64,000 nt of DNA, from positions 896,001 to 960,000 of the forward strand of contig OY776562.1 of NCBI GenBank assembly GCA_963675785.1, given 5' to 3'. Positions 37,632-45,715 of this stretch are shown piece after piece; within the stretch, counting starts at the first letter, position 1; each line of letters begins with the position of its first letter. This DNA comes from Anaerolineae bacterium. GTDB taxonomy: Bacteria; Chloroflexota; Anaerolineae; UBA1429. The position numbers and the translations under genes are program-made. The notes below the pieces were generated by a model. It ran no database searches, was not told where the DNA came from, and saw nothing but the letters and a program-made list of their open reading frames with translations.

Positions 37632-38792
37632 CTAAGCCTCGGGCTCGTAGGTCTTGACGAGTTGCCACTGTGAATCTGTAATCTGCATCAGAATGATGGG
37701 CTTGTTGTACGGATTGTGGGTAGAAGGCTCAACGGTGATGTTGCTGGAGAAGCAAGGCACATCCACCATATTCTCTAGCGCATCGCGGATAGCAACGGAA
37801 TCGCCGCTGCCGGCTTCGCCGATGGCGTATTCGAGCATGTAGAGCGCATCGAGGGCATAGTAGGCATAAACAGTGGCCTTCATGTCGTGCTTGGCTTCAA
37901 AGGCCTCGTTGTAAGCCTGGAATTCGGGAGCATCGGTGGAGAGGCCACTGGAGAGATAGGCCCCTTCGAGTTCTGGGCCGGCCATGTCGAGCAGTTCATC
38001 AGCGACCCAACCATCAACGCCCAGGAACTGGATGTCGAGGCCCAGAGCATCGGCCTGCTTGGCAATGAGTGCGGCATCGCGGTAGGTGGCAGTGGGAACA
38101 ACCAGCAAGTCGGCGCCAGAATCGGCGACGGTGCTGAGCTGTGCACGGAATTCCTGGTCGCCAGACTGGTAACCTTCGAGTGTAGCCACAGAGCCACCGA
38201 GTTCGGTAAAGTGCTCGACAAAGTACTCTTGAATGGCCACGGAATAGGCAGCTGTCACGTCGGTGATAAAGGCAACGCTACGCTTGCCTAATTCATTGTA
38301 GGCAAAGTCAGCCAAAGCATAGCCCTGATAGGGGTCGATGAAACAGGCGCGGAACATGTAGGGGTGAAGGTTTCCATCTTCGTCTACGGTTACGTTGATG
38401 TTGGAGGCAGTGGTGGTGATGATGGGCACCTGGGCCGCGTCAGCGATGGTAGCCAGAGCAATACCTGCGCCAGACCATTCGGGGCCGATGATGGCAGAAA
38501 CCTTGTCCTGCTCGATCAAGCGGTTGGCTGCGGTAACGGCGTCGGTTACTTCGGAGCGGGTGTCATAGATGACGAGTTCGATCGTTTTGCCGTTGATGCC
38601 GCCAGCAGCATTAATCTCGTCAACGCGATCCTGAAGGGCCAGTTCAGCAGCCTGACCGACATAGGCATCGGCACCGGTTAGCTGAGCAAGTACGCCAATC
38701 TTGATTACATCCTGGCTGCCGCAGCCAGAAAGCACCATGGGCAAAACAAGGACGAGTACAAGAACGATGGAAACAATTCGGCGGGTTTTCAT
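37632..38792 (-). CDS. LivJ/LivK-type ABC substrate-binding lipoprotein
   Basis: Signal MKTRRIV with lipobox LSGC. Motifs IKIGV, INAAGGING and FRACFID.YQG. GAGGAG precedes ATG 38792. Confidence 0.9.
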   Translation of the reverse strand: MKTRRIVSIVLVLVLVLPMVLSGCGSQDVIKIGVLAQLTGADAYVGQAAELALQDRVDEINAAGGINGKTIELVIYDTRSEVTDAVTAANRLIEQDKVSAIIGPEWSGAGIALATIADAAQVPIITTTASNINVTVDEDGNLHPYMFRACFIDPYQGYALADFAYNELGKRSVAFITDVTAAYSVAIQEYFVEHFTELGGSVATLEGYQSGDQEFRAQLSTVADSGADLLVVPTATYRDAALIAKQADALGLDIQFLGVDGWVADELLDMAGPELEGAYLSSGLSTDAPEFQAYNEAFEAKHDMKATVYAYYALDALYMLEYAIGEAGSGDSVAIRDALENMVDVPCFSSNITVEPSTHNPYNKPIILMQITDSQWQLVKTYEPEA

Positions 38793-38975
38793 GGGGTAGG
38801 TCTCCTCTTGATCCCATTCGGAAAGCGTGAGGTCGTCTAGGTCGGAAACATCCAAGCTGCAAAGCAGTCCAGATATTCTGGCAAATACAACACTCTTCCG
38901 TGAGATAGAGGCCCCCCAGCCTCTCACCGAATCTTCGCCGACGAAGAACTCGATGTCAGAGCATGCGGGCAAGTA
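38793..38975 (-). promoter_or_regulatory. Structured 5' leader of the liv operon (candidate cis-regulatory RNA)
   Basis: About 180 nt of non-coding sequence. Four hairpins are enclosed by a gacatc..gatgtt pairing on the minus strand. Confidence 0.35.
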
Positions 38976-39038
38976 TATCATACCCACCTTGTCTGCGCAA
39001 GGTATTGGAATGACGGTATGTGTGAAATACTCGCAAAA

Positions 39039-39827
39039 CTATTGGGCACCTTGCACGATTCTAGATCGAGCGTCTTGGATCACGTCAGGCGCGTTTGTGA
39101 GAACACCAGACAATCCCAACTCTGCCCAGTACTCTAGTTCCGGGCCATCATCCACCCAGAACATGTTGAGTGGCATATTGGCGGCATTAGCACATCGGCA
39201 CAGTTCTGGGGTGACCTCGTTTCTGCGCGGCTGGCAGGCCACACAGCCGTAGGCGACATGCCTTTCGATGTTCGAGCGTTCTTGGAGGACGCAGACGGCC
39301 ACATCTTTATCTATTGAACGCACCAGATCGGCCACGGCAAAATCGTCCAGTGTGAGGTAGCTCGTCTTGTAGAGATTGTAGCGGGCGTACAGTGCGCAGA
39401 CGCGCTCTAGGAAGGCAGGTGTTTTCTCTTTGATCTGGATGTTCATGCCGATGCGCCCGGACAGAGCCTTTAGGACTGCTTCGAAAGTGGGGATGGGGCA
39501 GTTGGCATAGGTGGGCGTCTCTCGGCGATGGCCACTGTGATGGGAACCCTGCCAATAGCTGGCGTTGAGCATGGTCAATTGCTGCAGGGTGTAATCATGC
39601 GGAGAGCCGCAACCATCGGTGGTGCGGTCAAGTACGGCATCGTGCAGTAGAATGGGATCACCCTCAAGGGTGGCCCTGAGGTCGAACTCGATGAGATCGA
39701 CACTGAGACCGGCTGCGGCGGTCAACGCCATGAGCGTATTCTCAGGGAATCTGACCGACCAGCCCCTGTGGGCGGTGATCACCAGGCTTTTTTGATCAAA
39801 GACCTCTTGCAGTGCTCGCACGGGCAT
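39039..39827 (-). CDS. Glycerophosphodiester phosphodiesterase (GDPD) family
   Basis: Motifs AHRG, PENT, IEFDL, LHD..LDRTTDG, IPTF and GVLTNAP. Confidence 0.88.
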   Translation of the reverse strand: MPVRALQEVFDQKSLVITAHRGWSVRFPENTLMALTAAAGLSVDLIEFDLRATLEGDPILLHDAVLDRTTDGCGSPHDYTLQQLTMLNASYWQGSHHSGHRRETPTYANCPIPTFEAVLKALSGRIGMNIQIKEKTPAFLERVCALYARYNLYKTSYLTLDDFAVADLVRSIDKDVAVCVLQERSNIERHVAYGCVACQPRRNEVTPELCRCANAANMPLNMFWVDDGPELEYWAELGLSGVLTNAPDVIQDARSRIVQGAQ

Positions 39828-39935
39828 AACTTGCTCCTCTGTTGGAATAACGTGACGTTAGCGCAACGAGTTTGGCAGGTCAACTGCTAGACCAAGGGAG
39901 CAGACCATGGTATCGTATGTATAGAAAGGTAATCT

Positions 39936-40601
39936 ATGGCAGAAAACACGATTCTGGCTTCTTCCCGATTGTTTGCAGGTGTCTCAGCTCAGGCGCTGGC
40001 TGCATTGGAGGGCGTTTGTGTACAGCGGGTTTTTGCAGTAGGAGCCGTCATTATTAACGAGGGCGATCCCTCTCCGCCCGTTGACCTTATCTTTGAAGGG
40101 CATGTACGCGTGTTTCGCTCGGGCAATGATGGTCGCGAGCAGAGTTTTCACGTGTTGGGCCCCGGTGAAGCGCTGAATCTGGTGCCTGCCTTTGATGGTG
40201 TTGCTGTCTCTGCATCTACTGTGACAGCACTGACTGACGCCCGGCTGGGGCGCATATCGGGCACTACCTTTCGCCGGGTAGTGAGCCAGAACCCCGAGCT
40301 ATCGCTAGCGGTCATGCACTATATGGCCGAACGGCTGCGCCATGTTTCTGGTTTAGCCGCTGAACTGGCCCTCGCCAGCGTACCTTCCAGACTGGCCAGT
40401 TTCTTGCTAAGCCAGTTTTCTGAAGAGGCCGATGGCGAGGTTCGCTGGACCCGCGAGCAGATGGCGGCACGCATCGGCTCGGTACGTGAAGTGGTTAGTC
40501 GCACTCTCTCCGAATTCAAATCCGCCGGACTCATTGACATCGACCGTGATCGCATCATCCTCCTGGATACCGAACGCCTCGCTCTGCTCGCAAAAGTGTG
40601 A
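39936..40601 (+). CDS. Crp/Fnr-family regulator (HcpR-like)
   Basis: cNMP-binding-like EGD...EGHVRV...DGREQ and HTH motif GSVREVVSRTL. Adjacent to hcp. Confidence 0.88.
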   Translation: MAENTILASSRLFAGVSAQALAALEGVCVQRVFAVGAVIINEGDPSPPVDLIFEGHVRVFRSGNDGREQSFHVLGPGEALNLVPAFDGVAVSASTVTALTDARLGRISGTTFRRVVSQNPELSLAVMHYMAERLRHVSGLAAELALASVPSRLASFLLSQFSEEADGEVRWTREQMAARIGSVREVVSRTLSEFKSAGLIDIDRDRIILLDTERLALLAKV

Positions 40602-40612
40602 CTTGAATCACA
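40597..40612. promoter_or_regulatory. Crp/HcpR-type binding site
   Basis: Perfect TGTGA-N6-TCACA, overlapping the regulator stop codon, about 50 nt upstream of the ferredoxin. Confidence 0.75.
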
Positions 40613-40660
40613 GCGCATCACGTTCTCCCGTTGTAAGTTGATAGCAGAATAGGAGATGCG

Positions 40661-40882
40661 GTGATGACAACGGTTTTGCTTCCCTGGATTGATAAGGCTC
40701 GCTGCACAGGTTGTGGCTCTTGCGCCGAACAATGTCCTGACAAGATTGTAACCATGATGGATGACACTCCCTCGTTTGGGGATGTTCGGGCGTGCAGCTA
40801 TTGCGGCCTGTGTGAGGACATTTGCCCCACGGGGGCTATTGCGCTGTCGTTCCGTATCATCGGCTTTTCAGAGAACCAATAA
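40661..40882 (+). CDS. 2[4Fe-4S] ferredoxin
   Basis: Motifs CTGCGSCAEQCP and CSYCGLCEDICP. Confidence 0.9.
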   Translation: MMTTVLLPWIDKARCTGCGSCAEQCPDKIVTMMDDTPSFGDVRACSYCGLCEDICPTGAIALSFRIIGFSENQ

Positions 40883-40951
40883 CCACACGGTAAGATGAAG
40901 GTCTGCCCAGTTAGGGAGATCGCAAAACCATGAGACTCTTGAGTAACTAGA

Positions 40952-41443
40952 TTACATAAACATCTTGGTACATATTTCTATTCCGTTTTTTGTTCGGAAA
41001 ATGTGATTCAGAACGGATTCGCAGGTTGTTCTTGGCTGATCTCCTTCAAAGAGATTCACAAGAAAATCAGCTTCTACAAGGATCTGATAGTCGATACCGT
41101 CGATCTGGGAATAGGTATGGTGATGGCCAACTAGGTAGCATACACGTTCGATTACGTCTTGGTCATAGCTCAACCGTTCAAGCAGGCCTTGTGCTATGGC
41201 GGGGCCCTCAGCTTCTTGCAGCTTGCCATTGCAGTCGCCGTATTTTTCCTCACATACCTTGATACCGATATCGTGGACAACAGCGGCGGTTTCTAGTGTG
41301 AACAGGGTACCCTCGTCCAGCTTTTCAAGCGTACCGATGAGAGATGCAAAGCTATGAACCTTGATGAAATGCTGAATACGCTGAGGATCACCTGCGTAAT
41401 AATCGATCATTTCTAGCAGCAGTTTATCGGTGGAATTCGTCAT
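40952..41443 (-). CDS. HD-domain phosphohydrolase
   Basis: Motifs IQHFIKVH, VHDIG, VGHHH and VEAD. Confidence 0.85.
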   Translation of the reverse strand: MTNSTDKLLLEMIDYYAGDPQRIQHFIKVHSFASLIGTLEKLDEGTLFTLETAAVVHDIGIKVCEEKYGDCNGKLQEAEGPAIAQGLLERLSYDQDVIERVCYLVGHHHTYSQIDGIDYQILVEADFLVNLFEGDQPRTTCESVLNHIFRTKNGIEICTKMFM

Positions 41444-41514
41444 CGTTTACCTCGTCACAGTCGTGGCATTCTATTCTGCTATTGAGATTCATTATTCTAC
41501 CATGGAGGTATGAA

Positions 41515-43194
41515 ATGGGCATGTTTTGTTACCAGTGTCAGGAAACAGCCAAGAACGAAGGCTGCACGGTACGCGGTGTGTGTGGTAAATCGCCTGAGGT
41601 GGCCATGCTGCAGGATCTGTTGATTTGGACGCTGAAAGGGATATCGTGGTGGGGTATCAATGGCCGCGGCATGGGCGTATCGGATTCGCGCACGAATCTC
41701 TTTGTGGCCGAAGCACTGTTTGCGACCATCACCAACGCCAATTTCGACGATGAACGTTTTGTCAGCCTGATCCAAGAATCGATCGAGTTGCGCGATGCCC
41801 TTAAACAGAGAGCCCAGGCTGCGTGTGAATCGCTGCACGGCAAGCCCTGTTTCCATGCCCTGCCCGAGGCTGCCACCTGGCATCCCGAGAATTGGGAGCA
41901 GAGCACGTTGTTGGCCAAGGCGGCTCGGGTGGGCATCATGGCTGATCCCGACCTCGATGAGGATATTCGCTCGCTCCGCGAGATGCTGGTCATCGGCTTG
42001 AAGGGGATGGCTGCCTATTTGGACCACGCCTATGTGCTAGATCACCACAACGAGGATGTGTTGACCTTTTTGCAAGAAGGGCTGTTGGCCACCATCAACG
42101 ATAATCTTTCGGTAGAGGACATGGTGGGCTGGGTGGTGCGCTGCGGCAAGATGGGTGCTAAAGCCATGGCCCTGCTAGACGAGGCCAACACCAATACCTA
42201 TGGCCATCCCGAACCAACCGATGTGCGTACCGGCGTGGTACCCGGCAAGGCGATTTTGATCAGCGGCCACGATTTGCGCGACCTGCACGACCTGCTGGAG
42301 CAAACCCGGGGTACGGGCATCAATGTTTATACCCACGGTGAGATGCTGCCGGCCCATGCTTATCCGGCCTTTAAAGAGTACGATAACCTCATTGGCAATT
42401 ATGGCGGATCATGGTGGCACCAGGCCAGCGAGTTCGAATCGTTCGGCGGCGCCATTCTGATGACCACTAACTGTTTGATCAAGCCTCGTGACAGCTATGT
42501 GGATCGCCTGTTCACTACTGGTATGGCTGGCTGGCCTGGCGTGACCCACATTGCCAATCGGGTGAAGGGCGGCCAAAAGGATTTCTCGGCGGTGATTGCG
42601 GCAGCCAGGGCTGCGGGTGAGCCGGTCCAGATCGAGGATGGCTTGATCCCCATCGGCTATGCCCATAACACGGTGGTCAGCAATGCCGGGGCTGTGCTAG
42701 ATGCCGTGCAGGCCGGTGCAGTGAAGCGTTTTGTGGTGATGGCAGGCTGCGATGCTCGCAGCAAGAGTCGCGATTATTACACCCAGGTGGCTCAGGCTCT
42801 GCCGGAGGATACCATTATCCTGACGGCGGGCTGCGCCAAATACCGTTACAACAAGCTGAACCTGGGCAAGATCGGGCCCTTTCCGCGGGTGCTGGATGCC
42901 GGCCAGTGCAACGATTCGTACTCGCTGGTGGTTATTGCAATGAAGCTAGCCGAGGCCCTAGGGCTGGATGATGTGAACGACCTGCCTATCTCGTACGATA
43001 TTGCCTGGTACGAGCAAAAGGCGGTCATCGTCTTGTTGGCTCTGTTGGCCCTGGGCGTGAAAAAGATTCGCTTGGGGCCCACGCTGCCAGCTTTTGCCTC
43101 TCCCAATGTGCGCAAGGTACTGGTAGAGCAGTTTGGGTTGATGACCACGGACGGTGTGGAAGAAGATGTAGCTGCCATGATGCGCGGCGAATAG
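41515..43194 (+). CDS. hcp: Hybrid cluster protein (hydroxylamine/NO reductase)
   Basis: Motifs MFCYQCQET...GVCGK, ISGHDL, YTHGEMLPAH, TTNC, AGCD, GQCNDSY and WYEQKA. Confidence 0.97.
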   Translation: MGMFCYQCQETAKNEGCTVRGVCGKSPEVAMLQDLLIWTLKGISWWGINGRGMGVSDSRTNLFVAEALFATITNANFDDERFVSLIQESIELRDALKQRAQAACESLHGKPCFHALPEAATWHPENWEQSTLLAKAARVGIMADPDLDEDIRSLREMLVIGLKGMAAYLDHAYVLDHHNEDVLTFLQEGLLATINDNLSVEDMVGWVVRCGKMGAKAMALLDEANTNTYGHPEPTDVRTGVVPGKAILISGHDLRDLHDLLEQTRGTGINVYTHGEMLPAHAYPAFKEYDNLIGNYGGSWWHQASEFESFGGAILMTTNCLIKPRDSYVDRLFTTGMAGWPGVTHIANRVKGGQKDFSAVIAAARAAGEPVQIEDGLIPIGYAHNTVVSNAGAVLDAVQAGAVKRFVVMAGCDARSKSRDYYTQVAQALPEDTIILTAGCAKYRYNKLNLGKIGPFPRVLDAGQCNDSYSLVVIAMKLAEALGLDDVNDLPISYDIAWYEQKAVIVLLALLALGVKKIRLGPTLPAFASPNVRKVLVEQFGLMTTDGVEEDVAAMMRGE

Positions 43195-43201
43195 GGGGGA
43201 G

Positions 43202-43238
43202 AAAGCGGGTGGGCCAACTGGCCCACCCGCTTTTCTTT
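43202..43238. terminator. Bidirectional terminator
   Basis: aaagcgggtgggcca/tggcccacccgcttt lies between convergent genes. Confidence 0.85.
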
Positions 43239-43240
43239 TA

Positions 43241-44008
43241 TTATTCGACCAAGTCAATCCATTCTTGCAGTGTCTTGGCATCGCGGACGTAATTCTCGGG
43301 CTCGTCGTTTTGGACGAACTCGACGCAGAGATAGTGATCGCGACCCGTGGCGGCCAGCTCTTTGAGGTAGGGCAGCCACATGTCCTTGCCATCGGCCAGT
43401 GCAAAACGAGTCTGATAGTTCTCCCAGAAAAAGACGTGGGCGTTGACTACCTGGTCGATGATGGCCTTGAGGCCGGCCATGCGCGTGGGGTCGTCGTCCT
43501 CGTTGTGGGGCTGCCAAAAGGTGCCCACATTGGGATGATTGATCTCGGCTAGCAACTCTAGCGCCGATTCATCCACATCGGTGAGGGTGTTGCCGTGGTA
43601 TTCATAAGCGATTTTGATGCCTTTGGCTGCGGCCATATCACCAATGCGCCGCGAATCCTCAATAACGGCTTGGCGATAGGCTGCATCGGCCTCGGCGGAA
43701 CCTTTGTTGCCCGCCCAAACGCGGATGATCGGTGCACCCAAGGCTACAGCGCTGGCCAGTACGTCGTCAAAGGCCAGGCCATCGGCTTCACTGACGGCGG
43801 TGCGATAGTAAGAACCATAGGCGCTGATGGCCAGCCCGGCCTCGCGGGTCAGCTTGCCGACTTTTTCAGCGGTGACTACATCGCCGTGGGGCACGTGTAC
43901 GTCGCCGCCCCATTCAATGGCTTTGCCGCCAGCGCGTGCGACCAGAGTGATGATCTCCTCTGGCGTGAGCTGCCGAAAGGTGATGGATACCAATCCTGGA
44001 ATTAACAT
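43241..44008 (-). CDS. Sugar phosphate isomerase/epimerase (xylose isomerase-like TIM barrel)
   Basis: Motifs GLVSITFR, IEWGGDVH, IRVWAG, EYH.NTLTD, NAHVF and VEF. Confidence 0.8.
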   Translation of the reverse strand: MLIPGLVSITFRQLTPEEIITLVARAGGKAIEWGGDVHVPHGDVVTAEKVGKLTREAGLAISAYGSYYRTAVSEADGLAFDDVLASAVALGAPIIRVWAGNKGSAEADAAYRQAVIEDSRRIGDMAAAKGIKIAYEYHGNTLTDVDESALELLAEINHPNVGTFWQPHNEDDDPTRMAGLKAIIDQVVNAHVFFWENYQTRFALADGKDMWLPYLKELAATGRDHYLCVEFVQNDEPENYVRDAKTLQEWIDLVE

Positions 44009-44029
44009 GTTGTGTTCTCCAATCTTGTG

Positions 44030-45700
44030 CTAACGCGCGTCGATATAATTATCTTTGATATCGGCGTACCACTCGTCGGGATAAAGCACGCCGGTTTCTC
44101 GGTTAAAACGGCTGATCAGTTTTTGGGACCGCGCTATACATTCGGTGTATTCCCGAACGGTCTCGCCATCCCAAACACCCCACAGTTCGGCGAGCAGCAG
44201 GGTGCGAATGCGCTCCAAGGCAGGGTCGTCGCCAAGATCGTTGGTTTCGGCGGGATCGTCGTCCAGATTAAAGAGCTGCACGGACTCGTAGCCGGTGTGT
44301 TGAACCAGCTTCCAAGGGCCTTTACGCACCATGGCGGAGGGTTGATCCCCTTTGATATCTCCGCAAAAGCTAAGGATGGTGCGATCCAGTCGGGCGGGTT
44401 GCTGACCGCTGAGAGCAGGCCAGAGGTTTTCTCCGTCATAGCAAGGTAGATCGGGCGCATCAGCCAGGTTGATGAGTGTGGGCGCAAGATCCAGCAGGCT
44501 AGTCAACTCGCTGAGGCGTGTTCCCTCGGGTAGATAGCTGGGCATACTCCAGATGGCGGGCACGCGCACCGAACCTTCATAGTGATTGCTCTTCCAGAAC
44601 AAACCGTGCTCACCGGCCATGTCGCCGTGGTCGGAGGCATAGATAAAGAGGGTGTTCTCTAACCCCAAGGTTTCAGCGACGGTGTCGTAGATGCGGCCCA
44701 GATATTGATCCATGAGCTCGACCAGACCATAGTAGGCGGCCCGAGCACGGTGTTCGATGACTGGATCAACCTCAGTAATACGGCGGTTCTCGAACCAACG
44801 GCGCACGGCGGGATGGGCCGTGGCTTTGAAAGCATCACTTGGCGGCAGGGACGACAGAGCCTGGTCGTAATAGTCGAACAGTTCAGGAGGGCACACGTAG
44901 GGGCAATGCGGCCCATAGAGGCCCACGGTGAGAAAGAGCGGTTCGCTGGTATCGCCGTGTTCCTGCAAAATGCTGCAGGCCGAATTGACCACCTCAGCAT
45001 CGTACTGGAGCACCGCCGAGCTGCCTGGCCCCGACCTCTCCATGGCGGTGATGCTCTGCCCGCTGGTGCCAGCCAGCAGGGGGCCATACACGTCTTTGCC
45101 ACTGCCGGTGGTGTTCAGGGTGATATCGCCCACGGTGCGGCGCATATAGCCATGACGTTGATCGGATCCTACAAAGTGCATCCGTCCAGCCAGGACGGTC
45201 TCATAGCCAGCCAGAGCCAGGGCATGTGCAAAGGTGGGCTGCTCTGAAGGAATGGACTGGAAATTGGTATAGATGTTTGTGTGGTGCGGGCTGAGGCCGG
45301 TGAGCATGGCGCTGCGGCTGGGCACGCACAAGGGCGAGGCGCAATAGCAGTTATCCAGCACGACGCCACGGGCTGCCAGTTGTTCCAGGTTGGGCGTGCG
45401 CACGATGGCATCGCCAGCATAACCGGCGATGTGCGGGTTGTGCTGATCGGAGAGAACAAAGACGATATGCGGCTTGTTGGGAGCCGCCTTTTCACTCAGC
45501 TTTCTCAGCTCAGTATCAATGGCCGTCAGCGTATCTGGATTGGCACCAGTGATATAGCGGCAGGCCACAGCCAGAGAGAGCTGACCGACTTGGGCCGGCA
45601 GTTCATCGTTGACAGCATCGCCGAAATAGCGCTGCAGGATCAAGCGAGTTTGCGGCTCACGCAGCAGATCGGCCAGCATCGTGTTGATGGAAAAGGCCAT
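44030..45700 (-). CDS. Sulfatase (choline-sulfatase-like) with extra N-terminal ~70-aa domain
   Basis: Motifs PHIVFVLSDQH, TPNL, CVPSR (formylglycine motif), GRMH, PHCPY, SDHG and LFNL.DDP.E. Confidence 0.9.
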   Translation of the reverse strand: MAFSINTMLADLLREPQTRLILQRYFGDAVNDELPAQVGQLSLAVACRYITGANPDTLTAIDTELRKLSEKAAPNKPHIVFVLSDQHNPHIAGYAGDAIVRTPNLEQLAARGVVLDNCYCASPLCVPSRSAMLTGLSPHHTNIYTNFQSIPSEQPTFAHALALAGYETVLAGRMHFVGSDQRHGYMRRTVGDITLNTTGSGKDVYGPLLAGTSGQSITAMERSGPGSSAVLQYDAEVVNSACSILQEHGDTSEPLFLTVGLYGPHCPYVCPPELFDYYDQALSSLPPSDAFKATAHPAVRRWFENRRITEVDPVIEHRARAAYYGLVELMDQYLGRIYDTVAETLGLENTLFIYASDHGDMAGEHGLFWKSNHYEGSVRVPAIWSMPSYLPEGTRLSELTSLLDLAPTLINLADAPDLPCYDGENLWPALSGQQPARLDRTILSFCGDIKGDQPSAMVRKGPWKLVQHTGYESVQLFNLDDDPAETNDLGDDPALERIRTLLLAELWGVWDGETVREYTECIARSQKLISRFNRETGVLYPDEWYADIKDNYIDAR

Positions 45701-45715
45701 TGAGACTCCTTTGCG

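Noticed and set aside
38793-38975. Assignment to a known riboswitch (lysine, glycine, SAM-I, TPP, T-box)
   Set aside because: The defining conserved sequences of these families were not found, so it is kept only as an unnamed candidate.
38793-38987. 65-aa N-terminal extension of the Liv binding protein in the ORF track
   Set aside because: The ribosome-binding site and lipoprotein signal begin at 38792. The upstream region looks like a structured leader.
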